Origin: Octopus sinensis
Taxonomy: Eukaryota
Direction of reading: 5' to 3'
Length of the DNA: 64,000 nucleotides
NCBI RefSeq assembly: GCF_006345805.1
Contig: NC_043012.1
Coordinates: forward strand, 5,766,001 to 5,830,000
The position numbers and the translations under genes are program-made. Below the pieces are notes generated by a model. The model was not told where the DNA came from and made no database searches. It worked only from the letters and a program-made list of their open reading frames with translations. Shown here in pieces: positions 1-11,983 of this stretch. How positions within the stretch are numbered: position 1 is the stretch's first letter; each line of letters begins with the position of its first letter.

Positions 1-72
1 ACACATATATACACACATACATACACACACACATACATACATACACACACACATACATACATGCATACACAC

Positions 73-229
73 ATGATAGACTTCCCATTTCTGTTACCTA
101 AAGTTTTTTGTCGATCTGGGGTTGTGGAAGACGACATCTGCCCAAGATGGATGCCATTGCATAGTACTTCCAGCAAGTGAACCCCAAACCATGTGGTTGG
201 CAAGCAAACATACAGCCACACCTGCACCT
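73..229 (-). mobile_element. CORE-type tRNA-derived SINE, family A (OR1/OR2-like), 5' part, degraded
   Basis: Reverse complement reads GGTGCAGGTGTGGCTGTATG...AACCACATGGTTTGGGGTTCA...CTTGGGCAGATGTCGTCTTCCAC, matching the family A head seen in many other copies in this window. Confidence 0.8.
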
Positions 230-244
230 TTAATTAAACAAGTC

Positions 245-315
245 CTCCTGACGAGGAAATTGAACCCTGGCATCTGCATGACAGACAAGGATATTTACTA
301 CTGTACCACCATGGA
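245..315 (-). tRNA. tRNA-Asp(GTC)-like pseudogene
   Basis: Reverse complement TCCATGG TG GTAC AGTAGTAA ATAT C CTTGT CTGTCAT GCAGA TGC CAGGG TTCAATT TCCTC GTCAGGA G is colinear with eukaryotic tRNA-Asp (TCCTCGTTAGTATAGTGGTGAGTATCCCCGCCTGTCACGCGGGAGACCGGGGTTCGATTCCCCGACGGGGAG). The anticodon loop CT-GTC-AT is intact; acceptor and T stems are mispaired. Confidence 0.75.
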
Positions 316-419
316 ATATACTACAAATTAATATAATAAAGTTATTTTACTTAATTCTTTATTGTTTCTAAGATTTATTGAAACAAAAGTCATATATTTC
401 AATCGAAATAATTAATGAA

Positions 420-720
420 AATGGCACCATTCGAGTGTGATCGTTACCAGCGTTGCCTTGCTGGCATCTGTGCCGGTGACATGTGTAAAAGATTCGAGCG
501 AGGTCGCTGCCAGTACCACTTGACTGGCCCCATACCGGTGGCACGTAAAAACACCCACTACACCCACGGAGTGGTTGGCGTTAGGAAGGGCATCCAGCTG
601 TAGAAACTCTGCCAGATCAAGATTGAAGCCTGGTGTAGCCATCTGGTTCGCCAGCCCTCAGTCATACGTCCAACCCATGCTAGCATGGAAAGCACACATT
701 AAAGGATGATGATGATGATT
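420..720 (+). mobile_element. SINE family C 3' part with (GAT)n tail
   Basis: GTGGTTGGCGTTAGGAAGGGCATCCAGCTGTAGAAAC...CCAACCCATGCTAGCATGGAAA...GATGATGAT, shared with many copies in the window. Confidence 0.85.
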
Positions 721-771
721 TCAAGATCCTCAGGCAAATTCACATCTTACATTATTTCCATCAGAATAAGA

Positions 772-910
772 TGGTAAGCTGGCAGAATCGTTAGCACACT
801 GGGCAAACATGCTCAGTGGCATTTTGTCTGTCTGAGGTCAGCTTTTCTTTTCATCCTTTCAGAGTTGATAAAATAAGTACCAGCTGATCTCTGTTCCCCA
901 ATTTGCTGGC
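772..910 (+). mobile_element. SINE family B (tRNA head, Deu/Nin-like core), partial
   Basis: GAGCTGGCAGAATCGTTAGCAC head and TTTCATCCTTTC..GTTGATAAAATAAGTACCAG core. Confidence 0.75.
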
Positions 911-1380
911 CATAGATGTCAGAAAGGTATTTAGTATAATTCATGTTCTGGGACTGTTCGCTGCAATGGATTGATGTGCAGTCCTGGGGGAAATTTTCTC
1001 ATTGGCTTGTTTATTTTATACCATGAAACTGGGGCTGAAGAATAAGTCCTTTAAGAACATCTTCATTGGGTGGGTACTGATGGAGAATTTAAAGTATTTT
1101 TGAATGCCAGTTCATTCAGAGTTGCAGAGCAGATTGGTTGATATTGGGATTAGATGAATGATGATTGGGGTGGAGTATTTATGACACTTTGGAATTGCCA
1201 GTGAGTGACTAAGAAAAAAGAATCTGAAGAATTTAATTTCAAATTCTGAACATTTTGAAAGGACTTTGAAAGTTCTTTTTTGTGTTTCTTCCTACATGAA
1301 GTGATAAGGTGGGGCCAAAAGACTCAGCTTGGGAGTAGACGGATTACACTTGAATGAAGGCAAAAAGCTTGTTGCATTTT

Positions 1381-2003
1381 ACCATTTAGTGCTTAAACCG
1401 GTTCTATCCAGCCGAAATATTCTACCTGCTTTATGTTCAAACTGGCCAGATCTGGCCTACCCTACAATGACATTCTAAAAATAAACTGTCACATCACCAA
1501 AGTCTTGAAGTTACAAGATACTCTTTTACTTGTTTCAATCATTTGACTGCAACCATGCTGGAGCATTGCCTTTAGTCAAGCAAATCGACACCAGGACTTA
1601 TTCTTTGTAAACCTAGTACTTATTCTATTGGTCTCTTTTGCCGAAGCACTAAGTTACAGGGGTGTAAGCACACCAGCATCGGTTGTCAAGTGATGTTGGA
1701 GGGGACAAACACAGACAAATAAACATATATACACATACATATATTTATATATACATATATACGATGGGCTTCTTTCAGTTTCTGTCTACCAAATCCGCTC
1801 ATAAGGCTTTGGTCAACCCGAAGCTATAGTAGAAGACACTTGCCCAATGTACCACACAGTGGGACTGAACCCGGAACCATGTGGTTGGTAAGCAAGCTAC
1901 TTACCACACAGCCACTCCTGCACCTATAATACTTCATCATTAATTTGAATCAGTGTGAATAGATAAGCCTTACATTTAATGGAATAATTTGAATGCTAAA
2001 TGG
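1381..2003. mobile_element. piggyBac-like MITE family D interrupted by a SINE
   Basis: Degenerate match to the TTAACCCTTTAGCATT...AATGCTAAAGGGTTAA family; internal sequence resumes after the SINE at 1521-1926. Confidence 0.7.
1521..1926 (-). mobile_element. CORE-type SINE family A, full length
   Basis: Head GGTGCAGGAGTGGCTGTGTGGTAAG, CORE-like ..TTGGGCAAGTGTCTTC, internal (TA)n, tail GAAACAAGTAAAAGAG. Confidence 0.9.
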
Positions 2004-2459
2004 TTGGTTAACATTGGGGTAAAAGAAATGTGTTGTATTCAAAGGTGGGCAAAATTTGGTGCATTTTAGAATGGGGGGGGGAATGGTCTGTCCAATGGTT
2101 GAACAAAATGTCTGTTACACTTGAGAATGGGTAAAATCTCATCAGATCTGAATGCGAACAAAAGTTTGGCATACTTGAGACAAGACAAATGAGAGGCACA
2201 CACTTGGGGGTGGGTAAAGACCTGACACACGCAAATGGTGGGGTGGGGTGGGGGGGAACAGGGCATATTTGAGGCTGGATAAAATGTGGCACACTTGAAG
2301 GGTAGTGGAAAAACCAGTGTACCTGAGTGAGTGTGAATATATGCATTTGAATGTAATCAAAGAATAACGGCAGAAAATCTATGAACTCTGTTTAGAGGGA
2401 AGCTGGGTGGGTTAGATTCTAATCTTTCTGCTTTGTTGTGCCTTTATTTTTTTAACCAT

Positions 2460-2680
2460 TTCTAATAGAAAGATCTGTGCATGAAGTTTGCGTATGTATG
2501 TGTACATGTGTTTGCTCATGTGTGTGTGTTTGCATTTGTGTTTTATGTGTGTGTGTGTCTGTGTTTTTCATGTGCATATGTGTTTGTAATGATGTGTGTG
2601 TGTGTGCATGTATATGTATGTACATGTGTGTGAATATATTTTCCCCTGTGTGCATATATGTTAGCACTGAAGTGTGTGCA

Positions 2681-2711
<31 letters not shown>

Positions 2712-3600
2712 GTATATGCGTTTCTTCATGTACACATGCATTTATATTTCTGTGTGTATATATTTTCCTTTATGTGTATGTATGTGTTTGTGTGCGTGTG
2801 AATGTGTATTTGTATGTGCCTGTCTATACATGTCTGTATGTTTGTACACATTGTTTTCTTTGTGTGTGTGTGTGTGTGTTTTTTTTTTTCCTCCTTGTTA
2901 TACAAAATTCTTCAAACATCCGATTCTATTCTATCATCTGTTGTAATCCACCTAAATTCCGAATTCTTTGTCAGATAGCGAATTATGGAAATAATCACAT
3001 GGCATTATAAACGGTAGAGTAGGGGAGCGGGTGAGTGGGGGTGGAATGTGTGTGAAACTTTCTCTGGTTCTCCTTTCTCTTTCTTTTGTGTGTTTGTGTG
3101 TGTCTGTGTGTCTATGTATGTGTGTGTACACTTCATAAAACACACACACACACACACATGCATATAAATACACACACATTCCACATATACCCACACTAAT
3201 GCATAAACATACACACGTGTACATATGTATTTATAAACATATACACACTCACACAAACACACATATATGAAGACATACACATTTTTTGAGACCTTTTTTC
3301 TTCTTTTTTTTTGGTGGGGAGGCACGGATTCAAGGATTTGGAATTTTACTTTTGTTTTACTTGTTCCCCTTTTTATACCTTTATATATACATATATATAC
3401 ATACATATACATACATACATATATACATATATATATACATACATATATATATATCTTTTTCAAATTTATGTGTATATATTAATCCATGCATGGATATGTG
3501 GGTGTGTGGGTCTTTTTTTTTATACTTTGAAAAATTTGTTTTCCATATTTTAGTTCTTTTTGTTTCATTTCTTTTTTAATTTCTAAATAATGATCATTTG
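2460..3600. repeat. (TG)n/(TA)n/(CATA)n microsatellite-rich low-complexity region
   Basis: Direct inspection; the ORFs here are VCVC/YIYI repeats. Confidence 0.9.
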
Positions 3601-3649
3601 CATCAGAAATTTCTGCCCCCCCCCCCACTTCAACTCTCTTTTCTGTCAA

Positions 3650-4622
3650 CACTGTTGTCATGTCAACCATCACCATGACATATACTACAACATATACTTC
3701 AATTGTTGCTGCAGTCACCAACATAACTATGAACACAATCATTGTGACCACCACCACTAATTCCACCTTCACTGCTGTGATTATTACTTGCAACATTGCC
3801 TTTAATGCAACCATCATGACAACCACCACCACCAACATTGCCATGACCATCACCCACAACCATCACAACCACCGCCACCACTACCACCACCACAATCACC
3901 ATCACAACCACCATCATTACCTCAACTACCACTGCAACCACTGCCACCATCAACACCACAACCACCACAACACCACCACCACCAACATCACCACCACCAC
4001 CATCATCACCACCACCACCATCATCACAACTACCACCATCACCACTACCACCACAATCACTGCCATCATCTCCACAACAACCATCATTGCAACAACCACC
4101 ACCACCACCACCACCACAACCACTACCACCACAATCACTGCCACCACCATCATCTCCACAACCACCACCACAACCACTGCCACTATCTCAGCAACAATCA
4201 CCATCACCATTGCTATGATGAGGACGACTACCACCACCACCATCACGACTTACTATCACCACCTCAACCATCATGACCACCACCATCAAAATGATTGCAG
4301 CCAGCAGTATCATTAACATGACCATCACTACTGAGATGACAGTTGCCATCTTTGCGACTATTTTGACCTCCATCACCACAACTACCATTACCACCACCAC
4401 CACCACCTCCACTACCACCACCATGTCTACCACCATCACCGTTGTGACGATAATTGCCACCATCATTGTGATTGCCATTGCTACAACCACCACTACCTCT
4501 GCTATCATCATCATCATCATCACCATCATGAACACACTGACTACCATTGTTAGCACCATCAACATCATCACAATCATAAACATAACCACCACCACTACTA
4601 CCACCACCACTACCACCAGCAC
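3650..4622. repeat. Degenerate (ACC/ATC)n trinucleotide low-complexity tract
   Basis: About 1 kb of CAC/ACC/CAT triplets giving Thr/His/Val homopolymer pseudo-ORFs in several frames. Confidence 0.9.
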
Positions 4623-4737
4623 ATAGATAGATTTTTGCAGGTTTTAGCAATGACTCATGTAAAGATTTGCTGTGGTGTGTGTTTGTGTGTGTGTCACTGA
4701 TTTCATCAAATTCCTTTCCACCACATGCATGGACACA

Positions 4738-4779
4738 AGAAGCAACAACAACAACAGCAACAACAACAACAGCAGCAGC

Positions 4780-4810
<31 letters not shown>

Positions 4811-4812
4811 TC
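4738..4812. repeat. (CAA/CAG)n microsatellite
   Basis: Direct inspection. Confidence 0.9.
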
Positions 4813-5295
4813 AGTGTATGTTCTTCACTGGCATCATATGTCTGTTGATATATAATAATGGCAGGATAGAGAGATGGATTAATTCTCTGATGTTTTGGGA
4901 TTGAATATGATTTTCTTGGAACCAATTCCTTAAATTGCAGCAGTAGTGTTGCACTTGTTCATGAAGTGAGTGTGTGTGAGTGTAACTCTGTGTATGTACA
5001 TGTATATGTGATTGTGTGTGTGTGTGTGATTGTCTGCAACAGTTTGCATTATATGTATGTCTTTGTTTGCAGACATATATGTGTGTGTGTGTGTGTACAA
5101 ATGCTCATCTATGTCTATGCATGTATGCACACCTGTTTGCATGTGCATCTGTGTATATACATTCATGGATATGTGCATCAGTGAACATGCAAATTTTGTG
5201 TCCATGTGCAACATGTACCTGTTCAGTTTTGTGTGTGTCTGCGAGTGTGTTGGGTGAGTCTAATCTATGTGCATGAGTAAAGGAGTTCTTTCTTG

Positions 5296-5648
5296 AAGAA
5301 GCGTGGCTGTGTGGTAAGAAGCTTGTTTCCCAACCACATGGTTCTGGATTCAATCCCACTGTGTGGCATCTTGGGCAAGTGTCTTCTACTGTAGTTTCAG
5401 GTTGACCAAAGCGTTGTGAGTTGATTTGGTAGACAGAAATGAAAGAAGCCTGTCATATGTGTGTGTGTGTGTATGTCTTTGTGTCTGTTTGTTCTCCCAC
5501 CAATGCTTGACAACTGGTGTTGGTGTGTTTACGTCCCTGTAACTTAGCAGTTTGGCAAAAGTCCTCAGACCAATTTGTTTGACTAAAACCCTTTAAGGCG
5601 ATGCTTCAGAATGGCTGCAGTCAAATGACCGAAATAAGTAAAAGAATG
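5296..5648 (+). mobile_element. CORE-type SINE family A with internal deletion
   Basis: GTGGCTGTGTGGTAAGAAGCTTG head through CAGTCAAATGACCGAAATAAGTAAAAGAA tail. Confidence 0.85.
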
Positions 5649-5697
5649 TACTGCTATGACATAGCCGTATGCAGGTCCATGAACACTGCCCCTTCTT

Positions 5698-6320
5698 CCC
5701 TTAGCATTTAAACTGGCCATAACTGGCCCAAATATTCTCCCTGTCTTATGTTCAAATTGGTCAGATCTGCTCTCTCACACCTACCCTACAATGTCGTTCT
5801 AAAAATAAATAATCACATCAATGAAATCTCAAAGCTATGAGTTAATGCTTGATTAATTCAAAACAATGTGAACTAGAAAAAGCACTCAGAGTGCAGACTT
5901 CTGCCAAGCAGTTCATTTTAAGATAGATACACGAGTAAAATTACTAATAGTGAAATGAAAATAAACTTTGGAAACCGCAATGCCACCATAGGTTATGTAG
6001 AAATGATGAACGTGTTTTCAAGGGAGATAATCAAAGAACGTAACATTGTAATACTTCATGTAAAGTAAATATAACAAATGGAAAATCCTTCAAGAATCCA
6101 TGAAAATTCCCAGATCACTACAAAAATTTCATCATCTGTTCCTTGTGTCATTACCAACTTCTCCTGCAAGTTTCATCAAATACTGTTCACAACTTTTTGA
6201 GTTATTTTGCACACAGATGGACAGATGGACAAACCAACGCCGATGAAAACATAACCTCCTTCCTTGGCGGAGGTAATAAATAAGGATTACATTTGATAGA
6301 ATGATCTGAATGCTAAAGGG
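5698..6320. mobile_element. piggyBac-like MITE family D interrupted by a HINE
   Basis: CCCTTAGCATTT left end, AATGCTAAAGGG|TTAA right end. Confidence 0.8.
5873..6276 (+). mobile_element. Non-autonomous Helentron-type element (HINE/DINE-1-like)
   Basis: Subterminal inverted repeats CTTCTGCCAAG / CTTGGCGGAG, terminal hairpin AACCTCCTTCCTTGGCGGAGGT, ends in AAAACATAACCTCC...GGAGGTAA. Confidence 0.75.
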
Positions 6321-6429
6321 TTAAGCCTTAACCCCCATCTAAGTCTCAAAGTGCTGTGTTAGTCTATTACTAGCAGCTTTTCTCACAGGAGAGTTTGAAA
6401 TCAGTCTTAATAACTGTTCTTATACACCA

Positions 6430-7175
6430 TTCTCCAATTCCACAGAGATGGAACTGGTTACAGTAATGAACAATTACTGCCTTGTGGTATCTGATTAGAA
6501 CTCAGTGGATTCCAGATTCTGCAGTGATGGCATTTGGATACTGCAGTGAACAGTTATCACTTTATTGTATTTAATTAGAACTAGGTGAATTCCACTGTGG
6601 TTCAGTTGGTTACGCTCATGAGCAGTTATTAGCTTTTGGAGAATGATGCAGTCCTTGGACACATCCTATTCTGTCAGTGTTCAACCCATGCCAGCATCGA
6701 ACACAGACATTAAATGCTGCTATTGCTGATAATGTGGAGGCGCACTGGCCCAGTGGTTCGGGGAGTGGACTCACAGTCGGAGGATCGCGGTTTTGATTCC
6801 CAGAGCAGGTGTTGTGTGTGTTTATTGAGCGAAAACACCTAAAGCTCAATGAGGCTCCAGCAGGGGGTGGTGGCGACCCCTGTTGTACTCTTTTGCCCCA
6901 ACCTTCTCTAACTCTTTCTTCCTGTTTCTTGGGTAGCGCCGCAATGGACTGGCGTCCTGTCCAGCTGGGGGGAACACATACGCCATAGAAACCGGGAAAC
7001 TGGGCCCATGAGCCTGGCTAGGCTTGAAAAGGGCGAGGAAAAAAAAATTGCTGATAATGATGATATCTAAATTGAACTAGGTGGATTTCACAGTGATGCC
7101 ACTGGTTACAGCAGTGAACAATTACCACCTTCTGGTATCTAATTAGAACTTGGTGGATTTGGTTATAGAGAGTTA
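6430..7175. repeat. Degenerate ~75-80 bp tandem repeat split by SINE insertions
   Basis: Recurrent GGTTACAG(C/T)A(G/A)TGAACAATTAC...AATTAGAACT(A/T/C)(G/A)GTGGAT units at ~6450, 6535, 6605, 7075-7160. Confidence 0.6.
6737..7050 (+). mobile_element. tRNA-derived SINE family E with V-domain-like core
   Basis: tRNA-like head TGGCCCAGTGG...GGTTTTGATTCCC; ATGGACTGGCGTCCTGTCCAG resembles the V-SINE domain; GAAACCGGGAAAC tail. Confidence 0.7.
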
Positions 7176-7489
7176 CTGAACTTGATCATGGATATGACAT
7201 ACTGCCTATGACAGGATATAAATTGCTGAACTCCTCAACTGGTTTCATTGATTGTCTTACGCTGATAATATAATTAGCAGATTAAAAATAGGGAGAAGCA
7301 GGAACTTTATTGTCAGCTCAGCTGGGTTTTTTTTACACCAGTTGATTACCTCTTACCTTCCGTCTCCTAAATTATTCAACCATGTAATTGGGAGGTGTTT
7401 TGTACCTGTTGTCAGTCACATAAACTAATGGAAGCAGAATAAATTTTGTCATTATCATAAATCTACAGTAAGATTTTAAGCTGTTCTCC

Positions 7490-8070
7490 TTTTTAGAGGT
7501 TCCTATCATCCAGAGAAAATTTCTCTTTTTGAGGTCTTCATATTTTTACCAGATGCACCATTATCATAAAATATTCAACCAATCATTTTTGACATTCTTG
7601 TGGCTTATCCATTCTTCCGTTAGCCCTTCACTTCATATGGACCACAAGCCATCGATGACTTTTCTCCACTCTAGATTGTCTTTCCTCTCTCAGGTCTTGT
7701 TGGTCTTGAATGGGATTGATGCTTCTCCAATTTTACTTTTTTCTAGGAAGGAGTGTTGGTCCTCAATGCAAGCCCATTTTTACCTTGGGGAAGAGATGAT
7801 CCATATTATTGTGACCTTTACTCTTTGACCTGTCTAGTATGGGAGACCTTCCTAGGAGCTTGTACACCCAGGAAGGGGTGTTGGTCCTCAATGCAAGCTC
7901 ATTTTTACCTTGGGGAAGAGATGGTCCATATTATTGTGACCTTTACTCTTTGACCTGTCTAGTATGGGAGACCTTCCCAGGAGGTTGTACTCCACTGACT
8001 TAGCTCTTAGGGTCATTGAGACGCATTGAACTATCCACATGGCCATGAGACTGGGGAAACCACGATCTTG
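7490..8070 (-). mobile_element. RTE-clade LINE 5'UTR-like fragment with an internal 125-bp tandem duplication
   Basis: Minus strand CAATGACCCTAAGAGCTAAGTCAG...GGTCTCCCATACTAGACAGGTCAAAGAGTAAAGG resembles RTE/Rex3-type 5'UTRs (recalled); duplicated units at 7745-7869 and 7870-7993. Confidence 0.6.
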
Positions 8071-8413
8071 GATTTAATTTAGAAATAGTCAGCAAAACTA
8101 GTTTGTAAATCATATTTTGGAGATTGGTTTAGTATATAATATTCTGAAAACTTGGTAACAGCTTCTTATCTTCTCCTAAGGATCATAACTTAATGGGTTG
8201 CATGTCTCAAGCTTTGAACACATCACCTCCTCATATCATCAGTATTCTGACATCTTAACATTCACAGCCAATGTAATTTACTTCTAATTTCTTTGCTGCT
8301 AATTAATCTAACTAATGTAGATAATGACTGGAATTACTACAACAGAAATATCTGGAGACAGTTTGATTGCTCATTCCCTAGAAAACATTGAGGCCATGTA
8401 ACTGTTAGAAATT

Positions 8414-8448
<35 letters not shown>

Positions 8449-8498
8449 TATTATTATTATTATATTATTATTATTATTATTACTATTATCATTATTAA

Positions 8499-8710
8499 GG
8501 CAATGAGCTGGCAGGAACATTAGCATTCCAGGCGAAATGCTTAGTGGTATTTCATCTGTCATTACTTTCTGAGTTCAGATTCCACCGTGGTCAACTTCGT
8601 CTTTCATCCTTTTAGGGTCGATAAACTAAGTACCAGTTATGCACTGGGGTCGATGTAATCAATTTAATCCCTTCCCCCAAATTTGAGGACTTGTGCTTCC
8701 AGTAGAAAGG

Positions 8711-8742
<32 letters not shown>

Positions 8743-9050
8743 GGCAGTAAGCTGGCAGAATCATTAGCACACGAGATGAAATGCTTAGCGGTATTTTGCC
8801 TGTGACTACATTCTGAGTTCAAATTCCGCCAAGGTCGACTTTGCCTTTCATCTTTTCAGGGTCAATAAATTAAGTACCTGTTGATCATTGGGGTTGATGT
8901 AATCTATTAGTCCTCTCCACCAAAATTTCAGGCCTTGTGCCTATAGTAGAAAGGATTATTATTATTATTATTATTGTTGTTGTTGTTGTTGTTAAAGTGG
9001 TGAGCTAACAGAATCATTAGCATTCTGGGCAGAATGCTTAGCAGCAATTA
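8499..9050 (+). mobile_element. Head-to-tail chain of three family B SINEs separated by (ATT)n
   Basis: Repeated GAGCTGGCAG head, CATCCTTT..GGGTCGATAAA..AAGTACC core, GTAGAAAGG(ATT)n tail. Confidence 0.85.
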
Positions 9051-9059
9051 ATAATCAGC

Positions 9060-9360
9060 ATCATCATCATCATTTAATGACTGTTTTTCACATTGGCATG
9101 GGTTGGACGGTGTGACTGGGGACTGGCAAGCCAGGAGGTCGCACCAGGTTCCAATCTGATCTGGCAAAGTTTCTACAGCTGGATGTCCTTCCTAATGCCA
9201 ACCACTCCAAGAGTGTAGAGGGTGCTTTTTACATGCCACCGGCACGGGAGCCAGTCAGGTGGCACTGGCATCGACCCCATTTGGATGGTGCTTTTTACGT
9301 GCCACCTGCACGGGGAGACAGTCAGGCAGCACTAGCAATGACCCACGCATGAATGGTGCT
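9060..9360 (-). mobile_element. SINE family C with about two divergent internal ~65-bp units
   Basis: (ATC)n tail at left; GTGCCACCGGCAC and GTGCCACCTGCAC units. Confidence 0.85.
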
Positions 9361-9923
9361 TATATATCTGTCTGCAAATTCTGAGTTCAGATTCCGTCGA
9401 GTGTTGACTTTGCTTTCAGGATTGATAAAATAAGTACCAGTTGACTACTGGGGTTGATGTAATCAGCTTACTCTCTCCACCTGAAATTGCTGGCCTTGTA
9501 CCAAAATGTGAAGTCCTCATCATTATTATTACTATTATTAATTTTATTCAGGTGGTGAGCTGGCGGAATCGTTAGCACACTGGCTAAAAAGTGCTTAGCA
9601 GCATTTTGTCTGTCTTTCTGTTTCAAGTTCAAATTCTGCTGAAGCTGACTTTGTCTTTCATTCTGCCAGGGTTGATTAAATCATATACCAGTCAAGTACT
9701 GGCATAAAGTTAATTGACTAAGCGCCTCCCCTTATATTTTGGGCCTTGTGCCTGTGTAAGAAACAACAAATGATGGACTTATAATTTGGCATTTGATGCC
9801 ATATCTGCAAGATGACCTGATATTAGGTCAGGTTGTCTTGCATTAATGTCCTGCCAAAGTTTAGTCGCAAATGCCTGCCACACTCTGTGTAAGCACATTT
9901 ATGTGTATGTGTTATTCTGCATG

Positions 9924-10046
<123 letters not shown>

Positions 10047-10137
10047 ATGTTACTAGTTCTGTATGTACTGATTGTTCCTTTTAAACATACTACCCTTTAT
10101 CTTTGTACATGCAATCTGTGGTTAAGAAAGGATATAA

Positions 10138-10192
<55 letters not shown>

Positions 10193-11109
10193 TTGCACAC
10201 ACATACTCATACATATGGTAAACAAATAACGTATATATTTATATGTATATAATGCGAGTGTGCGCGGGTACACACACACATTAACACTATAAAACCTACA
10301 ATTGCCTTTTAATGTTCTCATCTGCCATTGATGTTCCCAATTGAACCAAAATTCCTTCCACTGTCAAAGTTATCTGAGGCATGAAATAACGCCATTTATT
10401 GTAATATAGGTGAAGTTCATAACGATAGTAGTAATAGTAGTAGTAACGGTATTAGTACTACAAGTGGTAGTAATATAATTGTGGTTTTATGCTTCGTGGT
10501 TTGATGACCTTTCTTTTTTTTCTTCCTTCGTACCAAACTTCCTGCTTTTTGTATGCATGCGTATGCACATTAGGGTATGAAAGTGTGATATCAACAGCCC
10601 CACTCACTATGTCGTGTGTGTGTGTGTGTGTTTGCATAAAGTGCATATCTATATCTGTATACGTATGTGTGTGTGCTACTGTTTGTCTGCCTCTTACTTT
10701 AATTATGCTTGTTCTGATAGTCATCTAAACCATTCAGGATTTCCTTGCTTGTTACAATTCCGGCTTTTGAATGACAGTGGCACACTGCCATTTCTCTCCT
10801 CACTTCCCCTGTCTTCTTGTTCTTGCTAACAGCACCACCACCACCACCGCCGCCACCGTCATTGTTATCATCAGCTGATTCTAATCTTGTTGGCCTGCGT
10901 CATTGTCATCATCATCATCATCATCATCATCTTTGTTGTCATCGTTATCATTGTGGTTGATGTGTAGCCCCTTGGTCAGTTCTGTTTGCACAAACCTATG
11001 GCATCCGTTAAATAAGTAACTAATTTAAAGCATTGCAGTGGAATTTACAAATCCACACATCATGCTTTCGTCACGTTGAGGACCATCGACAAGCAGTCAT
11101 TGTTATTAC

Positions 11110-11620
11110 TTAACCCCAGGTCAGCCCTGACTGAACTGACCTATGATCAAAGACGTTTCAGCCATGACAGTTCTGTCTTTCATTCAGACAATAGATCTAG
11201 GACTGTGAAGGCATGTAGCTTAGGTTAGAGTATTCAGCTTGTGGCCATAAGGCTGTGAGTTCGATTCCTGGAGGTGTGGTGTGTCCTTGAGCAAGACACT
11301 TTATTTCACATTGTTCTAGTTTACTCAACTGGCTAAAATGGGTTGTACCTGTATTTAAAAGTGCCAGCCTTGTCACGTTCTGTGTCATGCTGAATCTCCC
11401 CGAGAACTACATTGAGGGTACATATGTCTGTGGAGTACTCAGCCACTTGAATGTTAATTTCATGAGCAGGCTGTTTCGTTGATCGGATCAACTGGAGCCC
11501 TGATGGAGTGTCAGTTTAGGTTTTCATATCTAGGGCTACACTGTCATTATGCCTTCCTCCTTTTCAAAACTGTAGAGTAGAATTTGAGGGAGATTTGGCT
11601 GCTATTTCTAGTAAGCTTAA
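11110..11620. mobile_element. Interspersed repeat family I split by a family E-like SINE (~11205-11510)
   Basis: CCCCAGGTCAGCCCTGA...TATGATCAAAG and AATTTGAGGGAGATTTGGCTGCTATTTCTAG segments recur at ~21770, 25470, 30040-30720, 35270 and 58400-58680. Confidence 0.65.
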
Positions 11621-11689
11621 GTACCATATAGCAACACCCTCCTTTAATCTGTGTTTGTCTGTAGATTTTGCTGGAGGTCACAGCATCAT

Positions 11690-11948
11690 TTTGTATAGTT
11701 ATCAGTGGCTAGAATGAAAGTTAGTAGTACAAGATGTTTCCAATACTGACCAGCTATGCAGAGAAAAACGTTCACATTTGCACACAGTTGCATATGATTA
11801 TAATAGTTATCATTGCAAAATATATTGAAATACCAATTACACGTATGTAAAGAGAGAAATATGTTTAAACAGTTATATATGACAACACGATCTGTGTTGG
11901 TCACTCTGATAGCTATTACTATGAAATAACCCAAATACTAAACAGCCA

Positions 11949-11983
<35 letters not shown>

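Noticed and set aside
245-262. CTGACGAG...GAAA hammerhead-like words on the plus strand
   Set aside because: Better explained as the reverse complement of the tRNA-Asp T-arm and acceptor stem
3660-4650. Long Thr/His/Val-rich ORFs (up to 218 aa)
   Set aside because: Open in several frames on both strands because of (ACC)n low complexity; no splice or domain evidence
4725-4925. Poly-Q or poly-L ORFs
   Set aside because: (CAA/CAG)n microsatellite typical of this genome; no exon boundaries
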